From Macrostomum lignano (Eukaryota): 64,000 nucleotides of DNA. Made by a program: the position numbers and the translations under genes. A model generated the notes under the pieces. The model saw only the letters and a list, made by a program, of their open reading frames with translations, made no database searches and was not told the DNA's origin. Shown here one piece after another: positions 33,140-45,113 of the stretch. The stretch spans positions 1-64,000 of the forward strand of contig NIVC01003366.1 in NCBI GenBank assembly GCA_002269645.1. The letters run 5' to 3'. Position 1 is the first letter of the stretch; every line of letters starts with the position of its first letter.

Positions 33140-36100
33140 CGGCCAGGATTTCCAAGAATTAAAGGAGATGATCGGAATTTCCAAGAATTAAAGGAGACGA
33201 TTAGGATTTCCAAGAATTAAAGGAGATGATTAGGATTTCCAAGAATTAAAGGAGACGATTAGGATTTCCAAGAATTAAAGGAGACGATTAGGATTTCCAA
33301 GAATTAAAGGAGACGATTAGGATTTCCAAGAATTAAAGGAGACGATTAGGATTTCCAAGAATTAAAGGAGACGATTAGGATTTCCAAGAATTAAAGGAGA
33401 CGATTAGGATTTCCAAGAATTAAAGGAGACGATTAGGATTTCCAAGAATTAAAGGAGACGATTAGGATTTCCAAGAATTAAAGGAGACGATTAGGATTTC
33501 CAAGAATTAAAGGAGACGATTAGGATTTCCAAGAATTAAAGGAGACGATTAGGATTTCCAAGAATTAAAGGAGATGATTAGGATTTCCAAGAATTAAAGG
33601 AGACGATTAGGATTTCCAAGAATTAAAGGAGACGATTAGGATTTCCAAGAATTAAAGGAGACGATTAGGATTTCCAAGAATTAAAGGAGACGATTAGGAT
33701 TTCCAAGAATTAAAGGAGACGATTAGGATTTCCAAGAATTAAAGGAGACGCTTAGGATTTCCAAGAATTAAAGGAGACGATTAGGATTTCCAAGAATTAA
33801 AGGAGACGATTAGGATTTCCAAGAATTAAAGGAGACGATTAGGATTTCCAAGAATTAAAGGAGACGATTAGGATTTCCAAGAATTAAAGGAGACGATTAG
33901 GATTTCCAAGAATTAAAGGAGACGATTAGGATTTCCAAGAATTAAAGGAGACGATTAGGATTTCCAAGAATTAAAGGAGACGCTTAGGATTTCCAAGAAT
34001 TAAAGGAGACGATTAGGATTTCCAAGAATTAAAGGAGATGATTAGGATTTCCAAGAATTAAAGGAGACGATTAGGATTTCCAAGAATTAAAGGAGACGAT
34101 TAGGATTTCCAAGAATTAAAGGAGACGATTAGGATTTCCAAGAATTAAAGGAGACGATTAGGATTTCCAAGAATTAAAGGAGACGATTAGGATTTCCAAG
34201 AATTAAAGGAGACGATTAGGATTTCCAAGAATTAAAGGAGACGATTAGGATTTCCAAGAATTAAAGGACACGATTAGGATTTCCAAGAATTAAAGGAGAT
34301 GATCAGGATTTCCAAGAATTAAAGGAGACGATTAGGATTTCCAAGAATTAAAGGAGATGATTAGGATTTCCAAGAATTAAAGGAGACGATTAGGATTTCC
34401 AAGAATTAAAGGAGATGATTAGGATTTCCAAGAATTAAAGGAGATGATTAGGATTTCCAAGAATTAAAGGAGATTATCGGAATTTCCAAGAATTAAAGGA
34501 GACGATTAGGATTTCCAAGAATTAAAGGAGACGATTAGGATTTCCAAGAATTAAAGGAGACGATTAGGATTTCCAAGAATTAAAGGAGATGATTAGGATT
34601 TCCAAGAATTAAAGGAGATTATCGGAATTTCCAAGAATTAAAGGAGATGATTAGGATTTCCAAGAATTAAAGGAGATTATCGGAATTTCCAAGAATTAAA
34701 GGAGACGATTAGGATTTCCAAGAATTAAAGGAGACGATCAGGATTTCCAAGAATTAAAGGAGATGATTAGGATTTCCAAGAATTAAAGGAGACGATTAGG
34801 ATTTCCAAGAATTAAAGGAGACGATCAGGATTTCCAAGAATTAAAGGAGACGATTAGGATTTCCAAGAATTAAAGGAGACGATTAGGATTTCCAAGAATT
34901 AAAGGAGACGATTAGGATTTCCAAGAATTAAAGGAGATGATTAGGATTTCCAAGAATTAAAGGAGACGATCAGGATTTCCAAGAATTAAAGGAGACGATT
35001 AGGATTTCCAAGAATTAAAGGAGATTATCGGAATTTCCAAGAATTAAAGGAGACGATTAGGATTTCCAAGAATTAAAGGAGACGATTAGGATTTCCAAGA
35101 ATTAAAGGAGACGATTAGGATTTCCAAGAATTAAAGGAGATGATTAGGATTTCCAAGAATTAAAGGAGACGATTAGGATTTCCAAGAATTAAAGGAGACG
35201 ATTAGGATTTCCAAGAATTAAAGGAGACGATTAGGATTTCCAAGAATTAAAGGAGACGATTAGGATTTCCAAGAATTAAAGGAGACGATTAGGATTTCCA
35301 AGAATTAAAGGAGATGATTAGGATTTCCAAGAATTAAAGGAGACGATTAGGATTTCCAAGAATTAAAGGAGATGATTAGGATTTCCAAGAATTAAAGGAG
35401 ACGATTAGGATTTCCAAGAATTAAAGGAGACGATTAGGATTTCCAAGAATTAAAGGAGACGATTAGGATTTCCAAGAATTAAAGGAGACGATTAGGATTT
35501 CCAAGAATTAAAGGAGACGATTAGGATTTCCAAGAATTAAAGGAGACGATTAGGATTTCCAAGAATTAAAGGAGATGATTAGGATTTCCAAGAATTAAAT
35601 GAGATTATCGGAATTTCCAAGAATTAAAGGAGATGATTAGGATTTCCAAGAATTAAAGGAGATTATCGGAATTTCCAAGAATTAAAGGAGACGATTAGGA
35701 TTTCCAAGAATTAAAGGAGACGATCAGGATTTCCAAGAATTAAAGGAGATGATTAGGATTTCCAAGAATTAAAGGAGACGATTAGGATTTCCAAGAATTA
35801 AAGGAGACGATCAGGATTTCCAAGAATTAAAGGAGATGATTAGGATTTCCAAGAATTAAAGGAGACGATCAGGATTTCCAAGAATTAAAGGAGACGATTA
35901 GGATTTCCAAGAATTAAAGGAGATTATCGGAATTTCCAAGAATTAAAGGAGACGATTAGGATTTCCAAGAATTAAAGGAGACGATTAGGATTTCCAAGAA
36001 TTAAAGGAGACGATTAGGATTTCCAAGAATTAAAGGAGATGATTAGGATTTCCAAGAATTAAAGGAGACGATTAGGATTTCCAAGAATTAAAGGAGACGA

Positions 36101-36510
36101 TTAGGATTTCCAAGAATTAAAGGAGACGATTAGGATTTCCAAGAATTAAAGGAGATGATTAGGATTTCCAAGAATTAAAGGAGACGATTAGGATTTCCAA
36201 GAATTAAAGGAGACGATTAGGATTTCCAAGAATTAAAGGAGACGATTAGGATTTCCAAGAATTAAAGGAGATGATTAGGATTTCCAAGAATTAAAGGAGA
36301 CGATTAGGATTTCCAAGAATTAAAGGAGACGATTAGGATTTCCAAGAATTAAAGGAGATGATTAGGATTTCCAAGAATTAAAGGAGACGATTAGGATTTC
36401 CAAGAATTAAAGGAGACGATTAGGATTTCCAAGAATTAAAGGAGACGATTAGGATTTCCAAGAATTAAAGGAGACGATTAGGATTTCCAAGAATTAAAGG
36501 CGATTAGGAT
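33140..36510. repeat. 29-bp satellite GATTAGGATTTCCAAGAATTAAAGGAGAC
   Basis: Direct reading; ~115 highly homogeneous copies, with degenerate flanking copies to ~36660. Confidence 0.98.
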
Positions 36511-37408
36511 TTTCAGTTAGATAACTAAGATACGATCAGGATTTCTTAGAAGCAAGGATGATGAGGATATTGAAGAATCAAAAACGGCCAGGATTTCCGA
36601 GAAAAAAAGACGTTCAAATTTTCCAAGAATAGAATACAATCAGGATTTTCAGGAACCAGAGACGAACCGAATTCCCTATAGAAACACCAAAAAGATCAAG
36701 GTTTCATATTTTAATAGAAACAATTAAGACAATCAGAATTTCTAAAAGAAACAAAAACGCGAGGATAAAAGTTGAGATTACTGGGATATTCAACTATAAC
36801 GATTTCAGGAATCCGGGGATTGGAGTTTGCAACGAAAATTTATGCATGTACATCAGAATAAAACCAGTCAACTTCCGAATAAAGTATGTCTCACCATTTC
36901 CGCAAGTCATGCTCCAAATGAATTTTACTGAAGCCAGTAAGTCGGCCACCATTTTGATTAAGATTCCGACTCAAGCAATGGGGATAATCCTGGGGAACTC
37001 GAAATTGTCGGGATGAGTTGGGAATCTAATAATTTGGGATCTGAAGCAGATTATATCTGAGCTTGGATTGAGAGATAATTCATGCAGCAAAAGCAAATGT
37101 GTAAAAGTTGTTAGAAAAAATCACTTTATTTTTATCAGGGCCAGCAATCATTGAGATTAAAATCTCATGGCGAGTTGAATTAAAAATCTGGTTAGTGACT
37201 TCGGCTAGTGAAGTCTCAGCAATCCAAATTTGAGTGTGACAGTTCTCCTAAACTAATTGAATTCCATTAACTTAAACTACTAAAAAACACGCTCCCCGAC
37301 ATGATCCCCGACTCCCCTGGTGCCTGACAACTGTAAAATTTGTCACCTCGTTTGAGCATCCAAAGCGTGCGGGTTTGGTTATGTCTATGGCAAAATCTCA
37401 TTTAATCC

Positions 37409-37603
37409 AAATCTGAAGATCCTTTGAAACTCCACAATAGCAATCCGACCCGATCAGCGCTTCATTCATTTCTCATCTTATCTCAACTCTCCTCTTCATC
37501 TTCTCTCCCATCCAACCTTATTCCTCACATCTATCATGATCGAGCTACACGTACTAGATTCTTTATCTGGCTCTTTAGAATAAAAATGATTGCCGACCCC
37601 CTG
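37409..37603 (+). mobile_element. Partial second copy (right part) of the 52310-53391 hAT family
   Basis: Shares CACAATAGCAATCCG(A/G)CCCG and a CT-rich tract, and ends with AAAAATGATTGCCGACCCCCTG. Confidence 0.6.
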
Positions 37604-38180
37604 TGATAGATTAGCGATCCAGTTTTTTAGGGGGTCGAAATTCACACGAACGAAGCATCACGATACCGACACATCGCAGATTGTAAAACTGCTGACACAT
37701 TGTTATGTTAAATTTTTTTTTCAATTTTTTTGAGCATATGTCATACTACTGTATAAATTGTAAATCTTCATCAAATAATTTCGATCTTGTGGTATGTCTT
37801 CCAAACTTGGTCTATAAGTAAAAGTCTCCCGACAAATCCTGAATGAAGAGGAGAGGGAGTCGGGAGAGGGTGGTGTGGACAGACTTAAAAAAATTTGAAT
37901 GAGGCAGGAGTGCAACTTGCCTGATCTGTGACCTGAGGAGTGCAAAGACGTGATCTGTTTCGCGTCAAATATTATTGTATATTGTGCATCGCATGCATCA
38001 AATATACACAGTGTTTACCCTTTGTTCGTGTTGCTCTGTTGCTGCACCGTAAGTTCTTTTTATGTTCTCTGTATTTTTGGCCATACTATGCGTTTCTGTG
38101 GCCTATAAGCCAATCGTTTCTTTGGCCCGGCCAAAGAACTGAAAAAGCATTGAACCATAGACAGACACGGCTGGGGCCCG

Positions 38181-38698
38181 GGGTCGCTTTCACAAGCCCT
38201 AAATTTTTCACAACGTCGCAAGACACAAACTTTCATAAGCTCTAAATTTCATAAACTCTAATTTTCACATCGTCGAAAAGTTGTGCACAGTATTTCATAA
38301 GCTCTAAATTTCACAAGACCTAAATTTCACAACGCCTAAAAACACTATGGAGATACAATCTTTCAGACGTGCTTTTAGGCGTTGTGAAATTTAGGTCTTG
38401 TGAAAGATTCTATCTCCATAGTGTTTTTAGGCGTTGTGAAATTTAGGTCTTGTGAAAGATTCTATCTCCATAGTGTTTTTAGGCGTTGTGATATTTAGGG
38501 TTTGTGAAATTTAGGGTTTGTGAAATTTAGGGCTTTTGAAATTCTGTGCATGCCTTTTAGGTGTTATGAAATTTAGGTCTTGTGAAATCTGCTGCATTGC
38601 TTATTTTCGACGTTGTGAAAATTAGGGTTTATGTAATATAGGTCTTATGAAAGGTTCTGGTTTCGACGTTGTGAAAATTAGGGTTTGTGAAACGACCC
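38181..38698. mobile_element. Foldback/MITE-like palindromic element with internal ~16-bp subrepeats
   Basis: The left end GGGTCGCTTTCACAAGCCCTAAATTTTTCACAACGTCG is inverted relative to the right end CGACGTTGTGAAAATTAGGGTTTGTGAAACGACCC. An inner ~55-bp inversion spans 38308-38365 versus ~38397-38455. Confidence 0.65.
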
Positions 38699-38703
38699 TC
38701 CCT

Positions 38704-40485
38704 CCAAGGACAACTTGATAACTCAGGACCGGAAACGAGCCAATTCATGGCGAAAAAAGTGAGGCTCGTTTAAAAGCATTGTTCTATGGCCCATCCAAAG
38801 CTACGAAAGCGAAGAAATCTGAGCTGAAAATTGAGTTCTTCGCATGCACTTGCAATTGAGAGAGAAAACTTTTATTCTTACTGAAACTAAATATCATGCC
38901 GATAAAATGCAGCGTCATTTTCTGTTGTGCAAACTACAATAGTAACCGTGATCGGAATGTTGCAGTATTTTCGTTTCCTAAAGATGCAACTGAACGAGAG
39001 GCTTGGCGACTGTCTCTACAGAAAAATACTGAAGCTGAGTGGACAGTGAGCGAGCCTGGAGCAAACACTTCACTATTTATCATAGTCAGCTCTTGTCCCG
39101 TTCTGACTGTTATTTTCCTCTCTGTTTGTAGTTCAGATGAAAAAAGAATCGTAAATTTTTCTCGAGTTCCTTATACATGTGCTGCATGTACAGCTTTCCC
39201 ATTGTGTATTTTCACGACGTTTACTTTTTGTGATAAAACTATTCAACATTTAAGAAAACCGACCCTGCACCCGCCTTCTGACTGCCTATCAAAAAGTCAA
39301 ATATGATAAGAGTTTACATAGGCAACTGAAAGCATGCGCATACGGATGGGCCATAGAACAATGGTAGATTGTATAGTATGCAACTGAGTTGAATAATGGC
39401 CAAAACTCGAGTGCGCGTAGCGCAAACTGCGGCTTTGTGGTCTATGGCCATTATTCAACTCAGTTGCATACTATACAAGTGCATTGTATTTATACTTTCA
39501 CTCAGCGCTCAGTCATTATTCCACACTTTCTATCATGCTTCAATTGGCTGTTTTAAGAGTTGTTTTACCCATAGACGACTGAGTTGTGTGGCTTAGTTTG
39601 ACCATAGACAACACTGTGATGAGTGCTGATTTTGCTTGCGTCTTGCAAGAAATCAGGAAAGCGAGTAGTGGGAGAAAAAGCTATTTGTCTTGTCAAACAA
39701 CTATGGCTAGTGCATCTCGTCAAACAGCCGCGCTTATTAATTGAAAAAATCTTCCTGTCGACGACTGAACGAACCGTGCGGCGCTACCTAGGAAGAAAAC
39801 GCGACCATGCAGTCTTCAACGCCTCGACGGCTATAAACGATGCCTGAAAGCGGCCAATCGATTCAGTCGAGCAGCCGACAGTCCCAAAGAATCCCAGCTT
39901 GGATACTGCGGTACCAAAGAAGCTCATCAGACGCATGCCAACTTAACCAAGTCGTGCATCTTTCAAATGGTAAGTTCGGCAACTATACTTGAGCACCTGT
40001 ATTTCTCTTTCATAGAAAACATTCAACATAGACCAACTCCTTTTGCAGTGCCAAATCATCAGGCTAAAGTGTCGAGCATCTTTGGAAACTGCGGCTTTGA
40101 GAACTGTGTATGCTTCACTTTGGGTGACAAATTGATTTTTACATTGTCAAATTTCGACTACAAACTGATGAACTGCACTAGCTGTGACATTTATTATTAA
40201 CTCTTTTCGTGTAGCTGGTACTTTAGTTTTAATGATTTATCCTTTTTGTTCATTTACTTCTTGTTTTTCTGTATTTATTAACAAAAATACTGAGCGATGG
40301 ATTTTTTCAATCCAAATGTCTATGGATTGAAAGAGTTTCACACATCAAAACTGTGGAATAATGGCCAAAATATTTTTTCATTGCGTCTGGGTAAAAGTAT
40401 AATTACAATGCTTTTAAACGAGCCTCATACTTTTTTCGCCATGAATTGGCTCGTTTCCGGTCCTGAGTTATCAAGTTGTCCTTGG
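38704..40485 (+). mobile_element. THAP-domain DNA transposon relic with ~80-bp terminal inverted repeats
   Basis: TIRs at 38704-38781 and 40406-40485 are identical apart from a 2-bp indel. THAP start MPIKCSVIFCCANY...VFSFPKDATEREAW at 38896, with SKHF in a shifted frame at 39060. An inner 20-bp inverted repeat lies at 38777-38796 / 39344-39363. No TSD seen. Confidence 0.75.
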
Positions 40486-40939
40486 CCCAGCCGAGTGGGG
40501 AAGAAGTATATTCTTTCCGTTTCTTTCTATGGCCCAAAGTCCCTGGCTTCGAGCTCGCCTATAGGCCAAGGAGTTCTATAATTAGCAATAGCCCGGCCAA
40601 GTAACAATTAAGCTCTCGCCTCTGAGCCGGGAAATTCGGCCCAGAAGAGAGAAAAAGCGGAAAGAACTTATACTTCTGCCACAGTTAACCAGGGAACACA
40701 TGGAGGCTGAAATGGAGACGGAACAGAAAAAGACGGAACTTGATTCTCGATTGGCCTTCATTGATTCCCATCAGTTTCTTCTAAATCTGTTGGAAAATAG
40801 GAGCTTTCTGCATCAAAACATTTCGAAGTTTTCGGGAACCTTTCCGCCTAAGTTATTCAGCATTAAAACGAGACCAACATTGTCGAAATCGGTTCTGCTA
40901 TTCCTATTTTTTTTGCATAGCATCTATGGGTCTATCGGT

Positions 40940-41420
40940 ATCTGTCTACCTGTCCCTACCTCTCCATGTCTCTACTTCTGTCTGTATCTACCTCTCTGTC
41001 CATCTCTACCTCTCTGTCTATCCGTCCCTACTTCTCTGTCTATCTGTATCTACCTCTCTGTCTATGTCTCTACCTCTCTGTCTATGTCTCTACATCTCTG
41101 TCTGTCTCTATCTCTCTGTCTATGTCTCTACCTCTCTGTCTATGTCTCCACCTCTCTGTCTATGTCTCTACCTCTCTGTCTATGTCTCTACCTCTCTGTC
41201 TATGTCTCTACCTCTCTGTCTGTCTCCACCTCTCTGTCTGTCTCTACCTCTCTGTCTATGTCTCTACCTCTCTGTCTGTCTCTACCTCTCTGTCTATGTC
41301 TCCACCTCTCTGTCTATGTCTCTACCTCTCTGTCTATCTCTCTGTCTATGTCTCTACCTCTCTGTCTATGTCTCTACATCTCTGTCTGTCTCTACCTCTC
41401 TGTATCTACTTATCTATGTG
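40940..41420. repeat. 18-bp minisatellite TCTACCTCTCTGTCTATG
   Basis: Direct reading. Confidence 0.92.
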
Positions 41421-42094
41421 ACAGGTATTTCTCTACCTGTCTGTCGCCTATTTGTCCTCATGTCTGTTATTGTCTGTTTGTCTTTCAATTCCATATCTGC
41501 AAGGTACTTCGTAGAACATGAAGCATTAAAACAACCAGACAGTCCAAAATTGTTTATAATTTGATTCTAGCACTGCCACCACAAAACGGAAGCAAATAAA
41601 GGTTCAATGCACTTTTATATTTATTGGCCAGGCGTTTGTAATTTCTGTATTTAAACAAAATACAACAAAAGCATGTAGATTAATGGCACAGACATAGGGA
41701 ATAACAGACCATATATGCGTACTAATTATAGTTACTGAATATTTTACACTTAAGCTGTTAAGTCTTGGGACGCAAGAAATGCTTTGATGACTTAACTGAC
41801 TTAGACTATAGTAATTAGCATCAAATCATTATACTAAATTGCAAGTTCAATAAGATAGCTGTATTAAAGAAATGCAAAAAAATAAATATTTTATGTAAAC
41901 TTGAGCAAGAATAATCTATTGGAGCACATATTTGCAGTTAGCCTGTTTAGACATAGGAAATGCACCAGACATGCCACTGCACAAGGCATTGAATTTTTAC
42001 ACACTGAAGACTACCAGCATATACCAGACTATTGCGGACCAAAATCTCTAGCAATAGACAGAGTGAGTCTTATTCAGCTACAAAATACTACAAT

Positions 42095-42712
42095 CTCACC
42101 CATTAGACAGTGGAGTCTCAACCATTAGAACCTTGAATCTCACCCTTTAAAACCTTAAATCTCACCCATTAGACAAATGGAATCTCACCTATTAGACATA
42201 GACACTAGAATCTCATCCAGTAGACAAATGGAATCTCACCCATTAGACACTAGAATCTCACCCATTAGAACCTTGAATCTCACCCATTAGACAAATGGAA
42301 TCTCACCTATTAGGCATAGACACTAGAATCTCACCCAGTAGACAAATGGAATCTCACCTATTAGGCATAGACACTAGAATCTCACCCAGTAGACAAATGG
42401 AATCTCACTCATTAGACTCTAGAATCTCACCCATTAGACACCGGAATCTCACCCATTAGACACTAAGAATCTCATTAATTAGACACTAAGAATCTCATTA
42501 ATTAGACACTAGAATCTCACCTACTAGTCACTAGAATCTCACCTATCAGACACTAGAATCTCACCCATTAGACACTAAGAATCTCACCCATTAGACACTA
42601 AGAATCTCATTAATTAGACACTAAGAATCTCACCTATCAGACACTAGAATCTCACCCATTAGACACCAGAATCTCACCCATAAAAACTACAAACATAAGA
42701 ATCTCACGCAAC
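42095..42712. repeat. ~22-bp degenerate minisatellite GAATCTCACCCATTAGACACTA
   Basis: Direct reading; lies immediately 3' of the Wee1-like gene. Confidence 0.9.
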
Positions 42713-42760
42713 AGTCTGCAAAAGCATGAGTAACCGCTAATTTAAAAGGTACAGCTGGTG

Positions 42761-45113
42761 TCAAAGAGAGGACAAACTTCTGAGCAGGCAGTCCAGACTC
42801 AAGCGCTGCTCAGGATCAGGCCTAATCAACCGCAGCACCAAATTGTACATGGAATCCAGCATCGCCTGCGGCTTATCGATGAGTCCACTCTCCAGCAGTC
42901 TCAGCTTCTCAGCCTCATCCTCGGCGCTATCCATGGAAGCTGGAATCCGTCTCCCAGCCGCCTCGATCAGGCACAGGCCAAGCGAGTAATTGTCAACCAG
43001 ACGAGCATCCGGATGGCGCTGAAGGTCCAGCGCGTCCATCGGCATGAACCGGCCAGCGCCATCCTCCAGATTGTCAATATCGCGCCAGTCTCGGGCGTGT
43101 CCGAAATCGCCCAGCTTGAAAATCAGTCGGTCAACTCGCGATGCGGCCAGCCTGGCTAGGGAGGCGCGCCTCGCTAACGGCGCCAGACTCGGCGGCAGGC
43201 TGGCGCGCGGCGCCTTCAACAAGATATTGCCAGTGCTGCAGTCCAGATGCGCCAAGCCCTCGGAGTGCATAAACTCTAGGGCGCTGCCAATTTCCAAGCC
43301 TAATTGACGCTGGCGATGAGGCGGCAGGTGGCGACGCTGCTGAGGCGCTGACAGGCTGGTGAGCTGCTCGTCTGCCAGGTAGGAGGCCAGACAGAGGCCG
43401 TTGCAGAACTCCAGCTGGATGTACAGCCGGTCGAACTGGACCCAGCAGCCGTAGTAGGACACAATATTGGGATGGTGCTCGCTGAGACTGGCCATGGCCC
43501 ACAGCTCCTGCGGATATGCGTATGTGAATTATATACCGATATGTATCGAAAATACAAATTAAATCAACAGTAGCCCAGTGGTCAAGCATGGAGCTTTGAT
43601 GTCACATTAATTAACGGCCTTGATGGGCAACTCCCAATTCACACTGAAGTGTACATGCCTATAACGATAAATAAAGTTAGGGCCGCTGTACACTCCTATG
43701 TGAGTGTGTGCCTGCTCAGGGGAGTCGGCGGAATGGTCGCCTAAAGTGTGCCAGTGTGCACACAGCTCCGTTTCTCTAAATAACCACAAAACAAAATCCC
43801 CTGGCACTAATAACAATAAGAATTGACAAACAATGACAAATCCTCACCTGAATTCCTTCTCGAGTCTGCGCAGACGCGGTCGGGCCATCTCTATGCTTCC
43901 TAGTTTGAGCAGTTTTGATGCAGTAGATGCAGCCATCCAGCCGGTTGATAGCGGAGAACACGTAGCCAAAGGAGCCGCTGGCCAGCTGCCTCGTGTTGGC
44001 CAGGTCAGTCAAGTCGAATTCCTTCGACAGACGGTCCGAATTCAACAGTCGCTCGTCCACCACTCGACCCCAGCCGGAGCCGCTGTTGCTGGCGCCGACG
44101 GAGTTCGAACTGCTACTAACGGAGGCCGACGGATTGCCGCAGCTCAGCCGGCGTCGGCCGTCCGGAGTGCAGCGGTTGATGTTGGAACCGGACAGGCGGC
44201 TCAGCACGCCTGACTGTCTGTACATTCGGAGCTGAGCAGCTCGCAATGTCTGCAACAACTGATCGGAAGCAGACTGGTGCATTGTAGCTGGGGAGGGATG
44301 ATGCTGCTGCGATGGCGCCACTTGCTGGTGATGCTGGGCCTGCTGAGCATGACTACGCGTCATCAGATACTTCGGCGGCGGCATCAGCAGAGCGTCGGGG
44401 TCGACCGGATTAGCGGGGGCGGCAGCGGCAACAGCTTTGCTATTGTTATTTTCGCTTTGTTGCTCGTCATCTTCGTCGAATGTTAAAACTCGATTAACGG
44501 CCAGATTGTTGCTTCCAGTTTGCTGCTGCTGCTGTTGCTGCTTTGAGTAGCCAAGCATGAGCATCTTAGCTGGCGCCGTCTGCAGCTGGTTATTACTAAA
44601 TCGACGCAACCGTCTGGACAGCATATTTCGCTCCTCGGCGACAATTCTAAAGAACTGGTTGGCCTGTTCGCGAACCACCGGCAGGTCGCTGCTGCCGCTG
44701 CTGCCTCCCACGCTGCAGTCTCCGGCTCCGCCAGCCGCTCCGATGCCAAGCAAGGAGCCACTGCTAACAGACGATGGAGGCGTTGTTGGAGACGGAGTCG
44801 ACAAACCGACAGGATTGTTGGCAGCAGCCACTGCCTGCTGATGCTGGGGCTTGACGCCAGCAGCCTCGCTAACAAGCGATGGTATTCGAGCTTGTCGAAC
44901 TTGGCGATACCGAAGTCCCAGTGGGGTCGACAGGGCCGGATGATGCAACAGGTATTGAGAGTCCAGCTGCTGAGGCGGTGTTGCCGCATCGTCTGCAACA
45001 CCTACAGCTGCCGCTGATGCCTCTGTTGGTGCAACCGCTTGATCAGCGTCTGAGAGACAGCAGACCTCCATTTCCATGGAGCAGTGCTGAGATGTGTCAT
45101 CAGATATGTCCAT
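42761..45113 (-). CDS. wee1: Wee1-like protein kinase, ~670 aa; exons 45113-43848 and 43507-42761
   Basis: LASGSFGYVFSAINRLDGCIYCIK (cf. Wee1 RLDGCIYAIK); phase-0 junction GIQ|ELWAM; HPNIVSYYGCW; LYIQLEFCNG; AHLDCSTGNILL; FKLGDFGH; EDGAGRF; DNYSLGLCLIEAAG. The N-terminal regulatory region is long and low-complexity. An acceptor TTTTCCAG lies 50 nt upstream of the ATG. Confidence 0.88.

Noticed and set aside
33140-36510. Possible CRISPR array (29-bp repeat)
   Set aside because: The units are head-to-tail with no unique spacers, and the context is eukaryotic with no cas genes.
36890-36950. Possible short minus-strand first exon (MVADLLAS...|GTGAGA) of the Runx locus
   Set aside because: It has no recognisable homology and is separated from the Runt exon by a 3.4-kb satellite.
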